Assembly (NCBI GenBank): GCA_015055665.1
Contig: SVHX01000001.1
Location: 67,873-131,872 of the forward strand
Reading direction: 5' to 3'
Origin: Clostridiales bacterium
GTDB taxonomy: Bacteria > Bacillota > Clostridia > Christensenellales > UBA1242
Length of the DNA stretch: 64,000 nucleotides
A program made the translations under genes and the position numbers. The notes under the pieces are model-generated. The model was not told the DNA's origin and ran no database searches. It was given only the letters and a program-made list of their open reading frames with translations. Within the stretch, counting starts at the first letter, position 1. Each line of letters opens with the position of its first letter. Below, piece after piece: positions 33,885-44,611 of the stretch.

Positions 33885-35567
33885 TTAATTATTAGGCTTT
33901 AACTTAGCAATAAGGTCATCAATATTAATTTCTATCTTATCAAGAGTTCGGCGATTAATCAACTCAACAACACCATCCTTAGCACCCCTACCCACAATGA
34001 CAATGTATGGAACACCAATAAGCTCTGCATCATTTAGTTTAACACCAAACGACTCCTTCCTATCATCAAGGAGAACATCATCATTTTCGTCAATAAGTGT
34101 TTGATATAGATTATTAGCAACCTGTGTCTGAACTTCATCTTTGTGGTTAGCAATTACTATTGAGATCTTATATGGAGCTACAATCTCAGGCCAAACAATA
34201 CCCTTCTCATCACAATTTTGCTCAACCAAAGCACTAAACGTTCTACTAATACCTATTCCATAACAACCCATAATCATGTATTGCTCTTTGCCATTTTCGT
34301 CAAGGAACTTACACTCAAGAGCTTTGGAATACTTAGTACCCAATTTGAATATATGTCCAACCTCAATGCCCCTAACTGTATGGACTTTGCCACCACATTT
34401 AGGACAAGTATCTCCGGCACGCATAGTCTTGATATCAGCAAAGTAATCGACTTTGATATCTTCTAGATTAGCACCAGTATAATGATAATCTACTTGGTTA
34501 GCACCGATTACGAAATTAAACATATTCTTAACATCATTATCAGCTACAACAATTACATCTTTAAGATCTCTTGCTCCTACGAATCCAGCAACCGATCCAA
34601 TCGAAACAATTTCTTCAGGAGTTGCCATCTCTAGAGTTGTTGCACCCACATTATTCCTTAGCTTAACCTCTTCAACCTCTCTATCGCCTCTTACAAGAGC
34701 AACAACAATACCCTTATCAGTCGAATACACAACAGCCTTTAGGAAGTTCTCCTCACTAACGCCAAGCATATTAGTAAGATCCTCAATAGTTTTCGCATTA
34801 GGAGTATGAGTAAGGGTTAATGTCTGCTTAAAGCTGTCATCATGTTTAACCTCTTCAAAGACACACTCAGCCTTCTCGGTATTAGCAGCATATCCGCAAT
34901 CACAGACAATTATCTCGTCCTCACCAATATCTGCCTTAACCATAAATTCGGTAGATCCAGAACCACCCATTACGCCATTGTCTGCATCAACCATAGCAAA
35001 GTCAAAGCCAAGCCTTGTAAACACATTAACATACGCAGTCTTCATCTTATCAAACGAAATATCAAGTCCGCTAGTTGTTGTATCAAAAGAATATGCGTCT
35101 TTCATGATAAATTCTTTAGCTCTTTGAAGACCAAATCTTGCCCTAATCTCGTCACGATACTTGTTCTGTATTTGATACAATGTAACCGGTAATTGCTTGT
35201 AACTACTAATGCTTTCCTTAACTAAATAAGTAAACGGCTCTTCGTGTGTTGGACCCAAGCAATAATCTTTACCCGTATTATCCTTAAGCTTGTACATTGT
35301 ACTACCAAAAGTATTAATACGATTAGCATAAATTTCTTGAGGAAGAAGTATTGGCATTTGTATCTCAATCGCACCAGCACGATTCATCTCTTGCCTAACT
35401 ACATTTTTAATCTTCTCTAGAACTTTAAGCCCCATAGGCAAATAACTAAATATACCATTACCCATTTGCTTAATATATCCAGCCCTTACAAGCAACTTGT
35501 GACTATTAATCTCAGCATTAGCTGGATCTTCTCTAAATGTTTTAAAAAACATATTTGTTAATTTCAT
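33885..35567 (-). CDS. proS: proline--tRNA ligase (bacterial type with an INS editing domain)
   Basis: 560 aa with class II motifs (LGPTHEE, FRDE-like YRDEIRARFGL) and a C-terminal anticodon-binding domain. Confidence 0.95.
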   Translation of the reverse strand: MKLTNMFFKTFREDPANAEINSHKLLVRAGYIKQMGNGIFSYLPMGLKVLEKIKNVVRQEMNRAGAIEIQMPILLPQEIYANRINTFGSTMYKLKDNTGKDYCLGPTHEEPFTYLVKESISSYKQLPVTLYQIQNKYRDEIRARFGLQRAKEFIMKDAYSFDTTTSGLDISFDKMKTAYVNVFTRLGFDFAMVDADNGVMGGSGSTEFMVKADIGEDEIIVCDCGYAANTEKAECVFEEVKHDDSFKQTLTLTHTPNAKTIEDLTNMLGVSEENFLKAVVYSTDKGIVVALVRGDREVEEVKLRNNVGATTLEMATPEEIVSIGSVAGFVGARDLKDVIVVADNDVKNMFNFVIGANQVDYHYTGANLEDIKVDYFADIKTMRAGDTCPKCGGKVHTVRGIEVGHIFKLGTKYSKALECKFLDENGKEQYMIMGCYGIGISRTFSALVEQNCDEKGIVWPEIVAPYKISIVIANHKDEVQTQVANNLYQTLIDENDDVLLDDRKESFGVKLNDAELIGVPYIVIVGRGAKDGVVELINRRTLDKIEINIDDLIAKLKPNN

Positions 35568-35575
35568 ATTTTCTC

Positions 35576-35782
35576 CTAATCTAGAGCCTCTTCTCTGTAA
35601 GCATCTAGCTCTTTTCTAATAACATTAATTTTGCCTTTCACACCTTCAATTTGTTTTAGGCAATCCTTAGCAATTATAACACCTTCTTCATAAAGTTTCA
35701 ACCCCTCTTCGATAGTTAAATCAGGATTTTCTAACTTCGAAGCAATTTCGGTTACTTTATTTAATCCTTCATCAAGATTCAT
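35576..35782 (-). CDS. xseB: exodeoxyribonuclease VII small subunit
   Basis: I trimmed the start to MNLDEGLNKV (ATG 35782, 1 nt after the xseA stop). Contains LEEGLKLYEEG. Confidence 0.9.
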   Translation of the reverse strand: MNLDEGLNKVTEIASKLENPDLTIEEGLKLYEEGVIIAKDCLKQIEGVKGKINVIRKELDAYREEALD

Positions 35783-35783
35783 A

Positions 35784-36962
35784 TTACACAACCTCCTCAA
35801 CACTACTAACAATCTGACCATCCATCATAGAAATATTAATCTTGTCACCAACCTTAATATCTTTTATAGATGCAATATTTTTGCCACCCTTCAACACCTT
35901 GGAATAGCCTAAGCTTGTAACCTTTCTAGGATTAAGCGAGTCAAGCAAAATAATTGACTTATCCAGCTTATGACCATAGTTATCTACCAATCGATCAATC
36001 AAGGACAAATTAGACACACTCATATCTAGTCGCAAATTGTACCTAGCAATCAAATTATCTATATTAGAACTGCAACCATCCATATTATCAATAATGGTAC
36101 TTGATACATCATGAATTAGTGCATCAATGGATCTATTCATAGATCTAATAACAGAGTTAACCTTCTCAATTTCAAGAGTCTTATCCCACGCCACAAGCTC
36201 TGCCGCAGCCGATGGAGTCGGTGCACGCAAGTCCGCAACAAAATCAATTATAGTAAAATCCGTTTCGTGACCAACTGCAGAAACAACTGGCTTAGTACAG
36301 TTATAAGTAGCAGTTGCAACAATCTCAGAGTTAAACGGCTCAAGATCTTCCATGCTACCACCGCCACGTGCAACAATTACAACATCAACGTCATCATAGC
36401 ATGAGAAGAAATCTATACCCATTGCAATCTCGTGATCTGCACCAAGACCTTGCACTTTAACAGGAAACAAGACAATATCTATACCATCATTTCGCCTATG
36501 TGTAACATCTATTATATCTCTAATAACCGCTCCAGTTTCGCTAGAAACAACACCTATACGCTTAACCCTACCTGGCAATGTGCGTTTGCGTGCAGGATCA
36601 AAGTACCCTCTAGACTCAAGCTCTGCCTTAAGTGCCAAGAATTTCTCATATAACAATCCCTTACCATAAGGCATTATAGATATGGCGTTAAAGGATAACT
36701 TACCACCCTTGGCATAATAACTCATGCTACCCCTAACGAGAACCATATCTCCAATCTTAGGGGCATCAAATCTGCCAGCACCAAATAATACACAAGCTAA
36801 CATGCCAGACTCATCTTTGAGATTAAAATAAGCATTTCCACCAGAAACACTATAACTACTAACCTCGCCATACACGCAAATATTCTGAAGCATGACTTCT
36901 GCCTCAAATATATTGCGAATATAAGTATTAATCTGTGAAATAGATATATATGGTTCAGACAT
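35784..36962 (-). CDS. xseA: exodeoxyribonuclease VII large subunit
   Basis: N-terminal OB fold (ISQINTYIRNIFE..VYGEVS), GVVSSETGAVIRDI and RGGGSMEDL. Confidence 0.95.
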   Translation of the reverse strand: MSEPYISISQINTYIRNIFEAEVMLQNICVYGEVSSYSVSGGNAYFNLKDESGMLACVLFGAGRFDAPKIGDMVLVRGSMSYYAKGGKLSFNAISIMPYGKGLLYEKFLALKAELESRGYFDPARKRTLPGRVKRIGVVSSETGAVIRDIIDVTHRRNDGIDIVLFPVKVQGLGADHEIAMGIDFFSCYDDVDVVIVARGGGSMEDLEPFNSEIVATATYNCTKPVVSAVGHETDFTIIDFVADLRAPTPSAAAELVAWDKTLEIEKVNSVIRSMNRSIDALIHDVSSTIIDNMDGCSSNIDNLIARYNLRLDMSVSNLSLIDRLVDNYGHKLDKSIILLDSLNPRKVTSLGYSKVLKGGKNIASIKDIKVGDKINISMMDGQIVSSVEEVV

Positions 36963-37348
36963 TATGCAACAACCTTGGCAAGTACACCATTTATAAAGCT
37001 ATAACTCTTGTCGGTCGAATATTTCTTCGCAAGTTCAACCGCCTCGTTAATCACAACAATTTTGTCAGCACCATCAGCGAACTTAATCTCATACACTGCA
37101 AGAACAAGAATTGCAAGGTCAACCTTATAAATTCTATCAATATCATACCCAACAACATTGCTTGATATGATGTCATTTATCTCCTGATAATGTTCATTAA
37201 TACCACCGATTAGACTATTGGCAAATTCTTTGTCAGTATCTTCAAGAACGATATCCTCGTTCATCACATCAAAGTACTCATCACTATCATGAAAGAAGTT
37301 CTCAAACACATACCTAAAAGCATACTCTCTACTTTTTTTCCTACTCAT
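36962..37348 (-). CDS. nusB: transcription antitermination factor NusB
   Basis: Starts MSRKKSREYAFRYVF and contains LAILVLAVYE..INEAVELAKKY..FINGVL. Confidence 0.92.
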   Translation of the reverse strand: MSRKKSREYAFRYVFENFFHDSDEYFDVMNEDIVLEDTDKEFANSLIGGINEHYQEINDIISSNVVGYDIDRIYKVDLAILVLAVYEIKFADGADKIVVINEAVELAKKYSTDKSYSFINGVLAKVVA

Positions 37349-37395
37349 CTCAATCTCCTACCAAAAAGAAATAAACCCTTGGGTTACAAGGGTTA

Positions 37396-37773
37396 CTATA
37401 CTAATTCATCCTTAGGAATATCTACTCCCAATACATGGACATTAATCCTATTAATTTTAACATCAATCATGCCAGACAAACTATTCTTAATATTCTCTTG
37501 TACTCTAAACGCTACTTCTGTTACATTATAGCCAAAATAGACATTAATATAAACATCAATATTCATAGCATCTTTGTTATATGTAATTTTAACACCGTCA
37601 TAATAGTTGTTACTAAACCAACGCTTAAGCGCCGATCCAAATTTAGTAACAATACTACTAACTCCAGCTATCTCCTTAGTTGCTAGATTAATAACAGACA
37701 ATACTATATCGCTGCCATAAGTAACATTACCTTTAGCCTGTTTCTTTATGCTATTCTTGTTATCATACATCAT
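37396..37773 (-). CDS. Asp23/Gls24 family envelope-stress protein (YqhY-like)
   Basis: 125 aa with the family pattern ..VLSVINLATKEIAGVSS..V..VYINVYFGYNV. It lies upstream of nusB, as yqhY does. Confidence 0.8.
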   Translation of the reverse strand: MMYDNKNSIKKQAKGNVTYGSDIVLSVINLATKEIAGVSSIVTKFGSALKRWFSNNYYDGVKITYNKDAMNIDVYINVYFGYNVTEVAFRVQENIKNSLSGMIDVKINRINVHVLGVDIPKDELV

Positions 37774-37909
37774 AAATAATCTTCCTTAACTGTTATGCTA
37801 TTAGGTTGTGAAGCACACATTAAACCCATGTTATATTATTAATATATCACAAACAACCAAAATATGCAATTAGTTAGATTACAAATAATATTGATTTTTA
37901 CTAAAATTT

Positions 37910-38425
37910 TTATACTTCAATAATCTTAATATTATCTATAGCATAATCAGAATTATTAACTACAACATCAACAATTTGAGCAACCTCTGTGCTTGTAAGA
38001 CCTGCCGACTCAACCATTACGCTAATATTACCAGAAGATGTTGATACAGCAACATCACTAAATCCCTTGGCAAGAATTAAGTTCTCAAGGTTAAGAACAA
38101 CATCCATATTAGTAATAAGCTCTAGTCTTTCTGCCTCTGCCAATGCTTTAGACTCTGCAGATGTAGCCTCGCTTGCTATAATAGCATCCAAATATAATAT
38201 CTCTTGCTTGCGGGTATCTTGACGATCAGTTCTGTAATTGCTAAAGAAACTTGCATTAGCTGATACTTGCTTGCTAGGCTCAGATGTTGCCATATTATTA
38301 ATCATAATATTAACACCACCAGTTACAAGTAATAATACACAGAACCCGCTAAGGATTAATACTTTCTTTAGTTTTCCTGACATCTTTTTCTTAGTTTTTG
38401 GCTGTTTAATTTTCTTTTCCTTCAT
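37910..38425 (-). CDS. spoIIIAH: stage III sporulation protein AH
   Basis: N-terminal TM and a C-terminal EscJ/YscJ-like region (ENLILAKGFSDVAVSTSSGNISVMVES). It is the last gene of the spoIIIA cluster. Confidence 0.8.
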   Translation of the reverse strand: MKEKKIKQPKTKKKMSGKLKKVLILSGFCVLLLVTGGVNIMINNMATSEPSKQVSANASFFSNYRTDRQDTRKQEILYLDAIIASEATSAESKALAEAERLELITNMDVVLNLENLILAKGFSDVAVSTSSGNISVMVESAGLTSTEVAQIVDVVVNNSDYAIDNIKIIEV

Positions 38426-38446
38426 AACAAATACTCCTTATAAAAA

Positions 38447-39049
38447 TTATTTTATTCCCTTCAAGACACTTACTTTATCTCTAGATATCCCAAGCAATGT
38501 AGATACAGCGTTAAGAATATCGAGCTTAACAGCAACATTACCAGCACCAGTTGCTACAACAATCACCCCCTTTATATCTGGTAACGACTCTGTTAATATC
38601 AAAGCACTACTACTCGCACCAGCTCCAACTATAATCGGACTAGAGGAGCTAGAAGAGCTAGTAATACCACTTGAATTACTACTGCTTGTGGAATTATTAT
38701 CCGACGCGTATACATACTCTGGACTACCATCTACAGTAACCATCACTTCCACATCTCCTGCATTATCTATCTGAGAAATAATACTCTTAAGTCTTAGCTC
38801 AATCTGCTCACAATAATCAAGTGTACTAAGATAAGAACTGGTTGATAGCGTTTCTTTGCTACTTAACTTTTCGTCCTTGCTATACGATAACACAATCATC
38901 ATAACAGCAATAATAGCAAGAACTAACAATAATATTATCTTAGCTTTTCTCTGCGTCATCAATGAGGTAAGTTTAGAAAGTAACGTATTATCACTCTTCA
39001 CCTTATCAAGACCTACATCATCATCAATTCGAATTATCTTATTGTCCAT
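38447..39049 (-). CDS. spoIIIAG: stage III sporulation protein AG
   Basis: TM segment, DVEVMVTVDGSPEYVYA, a Ser-rich linker and PDIKGVIVVATGAGNVAVKLDILNAV. Confidence 0.85.
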   Translation of the reverse strand: MDNKIIRIDDDVGLDKVKSDNTLLSKLTSLMTQRKAKIILLLVLAIIAVMMIVLSYSKDEKLSSKETLSTSSYLSTLDYCEQIELRLKSIISQIDNAGDVEVMVTVDGSPEYVYASDNNSTSSSNSSGITSSSSSSSPIIVGAGASSSALILTESLPDIKGVIVVATGAGNVAVKLDILNAVSTLLGISRDKVSVLKGIK

Positions 39050-39500
39050 ACACCACCACCCGTTCTTTATTTACACCTGTCACCTCTGTCACACAGCTAG
39101 CTATAACTTCATACTTATTTATATTCGCAAGTTTGTCCGTTAGAACCAAATTTGTTATATCCACATAAACATTGTTAATTGTATAATCATTATTATCAAT
39201 TTTGCTATCTATTTCGACAACAACATTGCTTAATCCCGATTCGTTTAGTTTACTAGTTATTAACCTTATATACGAATCATCTCTAGCATCAATGAGCCCC
39301 TTGTCTAAGCTTATATTTGTAGAGAAATTAGAAAACGCACTATCTATATCCCAGCTTAAGATTGGAGAGATAATTACGAAAACCGCAATTGCACCAAATA
39401 TACCTTTGCATAATTTGTTTGTCTTGCCAGCTGGGTACAACAAATCCATCATCACACCTAAGAAAATTACTCCAACTATCGATAATAACCATTTACTCAT
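39039..39500 (-). CDS. spoIIIAF: stage III sporulation protein AF
   Basis: 153 aa with two N-terminal TMs. Its position and size fit SpoIIIAF. Confidence 0.75.
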   Translation of the reverse strand: MSKWLLSIVGVIFLGVMMDLLYPAGKTNKLCKGIFGAIAVFVIISPILSWDIDSAFSNFSTNISLDKGLIDARDDSYIRLITSKLNESGLSNVVVEIDSKIDNNDYTINNVYVDITNLVLTDKLANINKYEVIASCVTEVTGVNKERVVVYGQ

Positions 39501-39507
39501 ATTAACC

Positions 39508-40731
39508 TCAGAATATATTAGCAGTACACATAATTAACGCAACTGTAATTATATACATGAAAGCCACACCAAGTATAAGTACAATCGGATAAATTAATAT
39601 TTTTGCACACATTGATACGAAATTAGACATTTTGTCAGCTCCAGACATTTCTAACACAGCAGAGGTTAACTGAAGCCCCAGCTTAAGCGTTAATATCATA
39701 ATAATTGGACTAATAATGGTTATAAATAGTATCAGAATTCCAACAAGGCCGATTGTATTCTTAACAAGTACCGATCCTAGTGCAATAAAGTCCATACCAT
39801 CAGCAATATAAGACCCAATAATTGGAATATAACTCTTAACTGCAAACTTAGTAGCCTTAATGCTAACGCCATCAAACTTGCCAGCAGTTATTCCTTGAAT
39901 TGTAAGAAATCCACTAAAAAGTGTAAATATTATCCCAACAATCCACTTAAACGAACTTGTTAGAAATCCTTGCATCTTATCAAGTTTAAGACTATTAGTC
40001 AAATTGCCAAGTATTGATAAAATAAACATTAGTATAAACATTGGATATAATAACTTGTCAAAAACAACACTAACGACAGTTGACAGTACCGCAACCAAAG
40101 GATTAAATATCGAAATACTAGTAAGAGATCCTATTGAAGTAAGTAATGTAATAAGTATTGGAAAAATAATATGTATTTGCTTTAATATAAGATTCAGAGT
40201 ATCGCTTGTATACGAAAGAACATCCTTAAAGACTATAAGAATAGTTGTTATCATAATACCAAAGCAAGCAAAGTGTACTATATCACCAACTGATGAATTG
40301 TTATCAATCCTAAACTCTGTCATCAAACTCGCAAGTATTCCAACCGCTAATATACTTAGAAAAAAAGGCAAAAACTCTCTAATATCACCAACTACTAGCG
40401 ACAGCAATGCCTTTAGTAAATTCGAATAATTACTAAAGTACTCTCCCGATACAATACTTACAATCTTGTCTTTGACCGATCCATCGAACAATCCAAAATC
40501 GTCGATATCCTGAACTATATCTTCAAGCTCACCAAGATTGAGGCCACCTATAATATCATAAACAACTTGCGAAATCTCAATTTCTATATCATTTTCACTA
40601 CTATCCGCACTTACGTACTTTGAATTACATCCAAGCAATAACACAAGAACTAAAAGTAGAAATATTAATAAAAAGACACGCTTTCGCCAATTAATATTGT
40701 ATATTAAATTCTTATTTAACCTTATTGTCAT
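39508..40731 (-). CDS. spoIIIAE: stage III sporulation protein AE
   Basis: 407-aa polytopic membrane protein with a signal-like N-terminus. Its position fits. Confidence 0.8.
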   Translation of the reverse strand: MTIRLNKNLIYNINWRKRVFLLIFLLLVLVLLLGCNSKYVSADSSENDIEIEISQVVYDIIGGLNLGELEDIVQDIDDFGLFDGSVKDKIVSIVSGEYFSNYSNLLKALLSLVVGDIREFLPFFLSILAVGILASLMTEFRIDNNSSVGDIVHFACFGIMITTILIVFKDVLSYTSDTLNLILKQIHIIFPILITLLTSIGSLTSISIFNPLVAVLSTVVSVVFDKLLYPMFILMFILSILGNLTNSLKLDKMQGFLTSSFKWIVGIIFTLFSGFLTIQGITAGKFDGVSIKATKFAVKSYIPIIGSYIADGMDFIALGSVLVKNTIGLVGILILFITIISPIIMILTLKLGLQLTSAVLEMSGADKMSNFVSMCAKILIYPIVLILGVAFMYIITVALIMCTANIF

Positions 40732-41111
40732 ATTAAATCCAATATCATATTAAATAAATTACTTATAATAGGTAGACTTACAACGAAAATTATTAGTTTG
40801 CCAGCAAGAACAACCTTATCAGCCATAGAAGAATTACCTGTATCCCTACAAGTACTCGCGGAGAATTCCACCAGATAACCAATTCCAATAATCTTAAGAC
40901 AGCCGATATATAAATCTTCACTAATTCCTGTCTTATTAACAACAGCTCTAAAAAAATCTAAAATATCTGCAACATATCCAATGATATATCCAATAATAAC
41001 AATACTACCAATAATAATACATAATATCGAGTACTCTGGCTTAACCTCTTTTAGCACCAATGCAAGTACCGATACAATAATTGCAAATACAAGGATCTTA
41101 ATGATATCCAT
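40728..41111 (-). CDS. spoIIIAD: stage III sporulation protein AD
   Basis: I trimmed the start to MDIIKILVFAIIV (ATG 41111, SD GAGGG). 127-aa, 4-TM protein. Confidence 0.8.
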   Translation of the reverse strand: MDIIKILVFAIIVSVLALVLKEVKPEYSILCIIIGSIVIIGYIIGYVADILDFFRAVVNKTGISEDLYIGCLKIIGIGYLVEFSASTCRDTGNSSMADKVVLAGKLIIFVVSLPIISNLFNMILDLI

Positions 41112-41118
41112 ATTTCCC

Positions 41119-41313
41119 TCAGATTGCAAATAGAGTTTTAACTGTATTAAATAGATCACTAATCATATCTGTAACACTAAAAAGCACTATAATAATCCCG
41201 GCTAATGTAACAAATGTTGCTATATCATCCTTTCCGCTAACTTTAAGTATTTGATTAATAACGGCTGTAAGAACACCAACCCCCGCAATCTTAAAAATTA
41301 TACTTATATCCAT
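41119..41313 (-). CDS. spoIIIAC: stage III sporulation protein AC
   Basis: 64-aa, 2-TM protein starting MDISIIFKIAGVGVLTAVINQILK. Confidence 0.85.
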   Translation of the reverse strand: MDISIIFKIAGVGVLTAVINQILKVSGKDDIATFVTLAGIIIVLFSVTDMISDLFNTVKTLFAI

Positions 41314-41329
41314 AATAGTTCCTCCGTAA

Positions 41330-41782
41330 TTATATCATCAATATACAAATAGCTATACCCACTCCTATTATTAACTTAAGATACATCTTGCCGTTCTTAT
41401 CTAGATTAATTCTTGCTTCATCTTCCATATCCGCAAAGGTCTTCTCATAATACAACAAATTCTCTTGTTCGTATCCAATATCGCCCTTGCCGATTGAACT
41501 TATGAATTGAGCAACAAAGTTAATATCCCGTGCATGATACATCCATGGGAGCAAACTACCTCTATTAGATATCACTCGCTCTGTATTTTTGCTTGTATTA
41601 GCTAAACTTTCATCTATGATTTGCGATATGTTATTTTTGCTAAAAGCAATGTTATTTCTAATATATTTGCTTATGTAAACCATGTCTTTGAACAAAGTGT
41701 ACCTAAGCCTATATCTATAGTAAACATACAAGGCGATAAGTACGAAAATAAGCATTACAAAAATCAAACAAATTATTTTCAT
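41330..41782 (-). CDS. spoIIIAB: stage III sporulation protein AB
   Basis: 150 aa with TM segments at both ends. Its position fits. Confidence 0.75.
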   Translation of the reverse strand: MKIICLIFVMLIFVLIALYVYYRYRLRYTLFKDMVYISKYIRNNIAFSKNNISQIIDESLANTSKNTERVISNRGSLLPWMYHARDINFVAQFISSIGKGDIGYEQENLLYYEKTFADMEDEARINLDKNGKMYLKLIIGVGIAICILMI

Positions 41783-42691
41783 CTACACACCGATAAGTTT
41801 TAAATTTTGATTATATACACCCTCAATTGTTCCAATACCATTAGCACAGGAAAGAACGATATATCTATCAAATAGTCCTTTGTCTATTATATCTTTCATC
41901 CCCTTCTTGGACTTCAATTCAAATACACTGCTAGCATGAATACTTGCAAAGACTTTAACCCCAGATGTAAGAGCATTTTCGATATCATCAATATCTCTAT
42001 CAATATTAATCTCATCAGTTACAATCACATCCGGCTTCATACTTCTAATTCCGTTATTGAAAGCAAATTTTTTGGAACAATTATCATATACATCAACATT
42101 TTGTACTTTGCTGATTTCTTTGCCGTCGAATAGATTGGTTAGTTCTTGTCTTTCATCAACAACAAGAATATTAATCAAATTAAGGCGTGTGCTGAGCTGA
42201 TATAGTATATCTCTTAGCATTGTTGTTTTCCCGGCTCCTGGGGGAGAAATAATAAGCGTGTTCTTGATATCACCATCATAGATATACTGATAAATTCCCA
42301 GCGAACAATTTCGAATTTCGTGAGGAAATCGAAAATTAAGCGAGGAGATATTCTTTATAGTTTTTACCTTACCATCATTGCTAACAACCTCTCCACAAAC
42401 CCCAACTCGTATTCCTCCGTCATATGATATGTACCCATCTATTAATTGATCGTTAATACTGTATAACGAGTACTTTGACAACTTTTGCATAGTACTTTGC
42501 AATACACCCATACTCACACTCAGAGAGCCTTCAATATTTTCGCTAATGCAATCATCTTTCAGATAATAGTTCTTACCCATAGAGTTAACAACTATTGGCG
42601 ACTCTGCTCTTAGCCTTAATTCGCATAACGAGCTGTACTTGATATTGTCAAGAGCCTTTGATATTCTTTCTGGCAACAATTCGTTTAACAT
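41783..42691 (-). CDS. spoIIIAA: stage III sporulation protein AA (secretion-type ATPase)
   Basis: Walker A ISPPGAGKTTMLRDI and Walker B VIVTDEI. 302 aa. Confidence 0.88.
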   Translation of the reverse strand: MLNELLPERISKALDNIKYSSLCELRLRAESPIVVNSMGKNYYLKDDCISENIEGSLSVSMGVLQSTMQKLSKYSLYSINDQLIDGYISYDGGIRVGVCGEVVSNDGKVKTIKNISSLNFRFPHEIRNCSLGIYQYIYDGDIKNTLIISPPGAGKTTMLRDILYQLSTRLNLINILVVDERQELTNLFDGKEISKVQNVDVYDNCSKKFAFNNGIRSMKPDVIVTDEINIDRDIDDIENALTSGVKVFASIHASSVFELKSKKGMKDIIDKGLFDRYIVLSCANGIGTIEGVYNQNLKLIGV

Positions 42692-42750
42692 TGCAACCTC
42701 CGATATATCAATACAATATTACATAACAATTCGATTAATTAATCATAAAC

Positions 42751-42780
42751 AAAAAAAGGACTCGCAAATCTAGCGAATCC
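42751..42780 (-). terminator. rho-independent terminator after the TIM-barrel gene
   Basis: GGATTCGC-7 nt-GCGAGTCC followed by T7 on the minus strand. Confidence 0.6.
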
Positions 42781-42829
42781 ATCATAAATTAACATAATAT
42801 TACACTTATCATTACAAAATCTTATAAGA

Positions 42830-43678
42830 CTACTTAATCGATTGATATATGTCTTTGAGTATCTTGGCATCACGAGCCATATATTCCTTAGACTCGGAGA
42901 TAACTACTCCACACAATCCATACTCCTTAGCAACTTGAGCAAGAGGCTCAAATTCCGGTCCATATACAGTATCTTCAAGAGTCAAATGTTTAACTTCTCC
43001 CTTAGCAGAATATTCAATCTTGCTAAAATGTATATGTGCTAGCCTTGTTCTTTCGAGTCCAATAACATCTATGCTCCTTTCAATAATTTTCTTATAGTCA
43101 TCATAACCTTTAAGAGTGCCTTGTGTTAGAGCATTAATGTGACCAAAGTCAAATGTCGGGATATATTTATCATAAATTGTGCAGAAATCTAGGATTTCCT
43201 CGTAAGTACCAATTTGAGCAGACTTGCCCATAGTTTCGAGGCAAATGTACATATCACCAAATCCTGCCTCAATAATCTTGTCTTTGAGGATTGTCAGCCT
43301 CTCCTTTGCAAGACTAACAGCTTCCTCACGTGTCATCTTGCCTTGGGATGCAGGATGAACAACCAACCTATTACCACCAAGAATTCTTAGCTTCTTAAGC
43401 GAATCTAATACGTACCCATAGCTCTTCTCTGCCATTTCATCAGTCGGAGTAGCAAAATTAATATAGTAAGGAGCATGTATTGATACTTCTATATTGTATT
43501 TTTTCATTTCCTCGGCTATTTTTCTCGCTGTATCATCAGTAAGCTTAATTCCTTTGCCAAAGGAGTATTCATAAGCATCAAGCCCCTGCTCACTCAGCCA
43601 CTTAGGTGCTTCATATGTATGCTTATATCCACTTTCATAAAACGTTATACAATTACCCGCTGGTCCAAATTTTAACAT
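42830..43678 (-). CDS. endonuclease IV-like TIM-barrel protein (AP endonuclease family 2)
   Basis: Metal-site pattern resembling Nfo: SIHAPYYINFA, VVHPAS, CLETMG, TFDFGHINA, HIHFSK and a C-terminal ISES. Confidence 0.6.
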   Translation of the reverse strand: MLKFGPAGNCITFYESGYKHTYEAPKWLSEQGLDAYEYSFGKGIKLTDDTARKIAEEMKKYNIEVSIHAPYYINFATPTDEMAEKSYGYVLDSLKKLRILGGNRLVVHPASQGKMTREEAVSLAKERLTILKDKIIEAGFGDMYICLETMGKSAQIGTYEEILDFCTIYDKYIPTFDFGHINALTQGTLKGYDDYKKIIERSIDVIGLERTRLAHIHFSKIEYSAKGEVKHLTLEDTVYGPEFEPLAQVAKEYGLCGVVISESKEYMARDAKILKDIYQSIK

Positions 43679-43679
43679 A

Positions 43680-44549
43680 TTAATCGTTACCTTCCTCGTA
43701 TAAAAAAGTATCTAATTTTAATTTGTCATTTGACTGTTTAACAACACCAACAATATTTTCATTGTGCATCACAAATGTAGGCGTATTGATAGGCTTTGTT
43801 GTTATTGACTTGCCATTAAGAATATCTGCCAAGTCTTGATCTGATATTGTTATTCTATCAAACTTAGGCAATACTTTAAGTGGCGAGATTAGGTATTCAT
43901 CTAGGCTATCTTGACTAAGTAGATCTTCCAGATCAATAGCATTATCTATATCAAATTCGCCACATCTTACCCTGTTGAGCACACTCATACAAGCATATGT
44001 ATCAAGCTTAGATGCGATATCTCTCGCGATTGATCTAATATATGTCCCCGAACTACATACAATATCGAAAATATAACGACCGCCTCCTAAGTCTTGGGTA
44101 CAGGTTAGACTGTGTATGGTAATTTCTTTTGGTCTAAGGTCTACTTGAATTCCTTGTCTAGCCAATTCATATGCTCTAACACCATTAACATTTTTGGCAC
44201 TAAACATAGGAGGAATCTGATCCTGAGAGCCTATCATATCAGAACAAACACTACTAATTTCTGATATTGTCGGAATATACCCACCAGATGATGTTACATT
44301 TCCAGTAATATCAAGTGTGTCAGTTGTGTAGCCGAAATCAAATACAGCAATATACCTCTTGTCCTTTGCTAAGGTATAATCAAATAGCCTTGTTGCCTTG
44401 CCAATAGCAATAGGAAGTACTCCTGATGCCAATGGATCTAGAGTCCCTAAATGGCCAATCTTCTTAATATGAAATTTATGTTTAATCCTCTGAACAACAT
44501 AATTACTAGTAACCCCAGAAGGCTTGTTAATATTAAGAAATCCTAACAT
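43680..44549 (-). CDS. truB: tRNA pseudouridine(55) synthase
   Basis: I trimmed the start to MLGFLNINKPSG. Contains the catalytic GHLGTLDPLASGVLPI motif. Confidence 0.95.
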   Translation of the reverse strand: MLGFLNINKPSGVTSNYVVQRIKHKFHIKKIGHLGTLDPLASGVLPIAIGKATRLFDYTLAKDKRYIAVFDFGYTTDTLDITGNVTSSGGYIPTISEISSVCSDMIGSQDQIPPMFSAKNVNGVRAYELARQGIQVDLRPKEITIHSLTCTQDLGGGRYIFDIVCSSGTYIRSIARDIASKLDTYACMSVLNRVRCGEFDIDNAIDLEDLLSQDSLDEYLISPLKVLPKFDRITISDQDLADILNGKSITTKPINTPTFVMHNENIVGVVKQSNDKLKLDTFLYEEGND

Positions 44550-44611
44550 ATTTCTCCCCATAAGTAAAAATTAGAGATAGCAAGAAAAATCCCACTACCT
44601 CTTGTAATAAA

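Noticed and set aside
42692-42829. Search for a sigma-E-type promoter upstream of spoIIIAA, and a sigma-E/K-type promoter upstream of the ylxY-like gene (8964-9024).
   Set aside because: I found only weak partial matches to the ATATT / CATACA-T consensus at acceptable spacing. They are not good enough to report as features.
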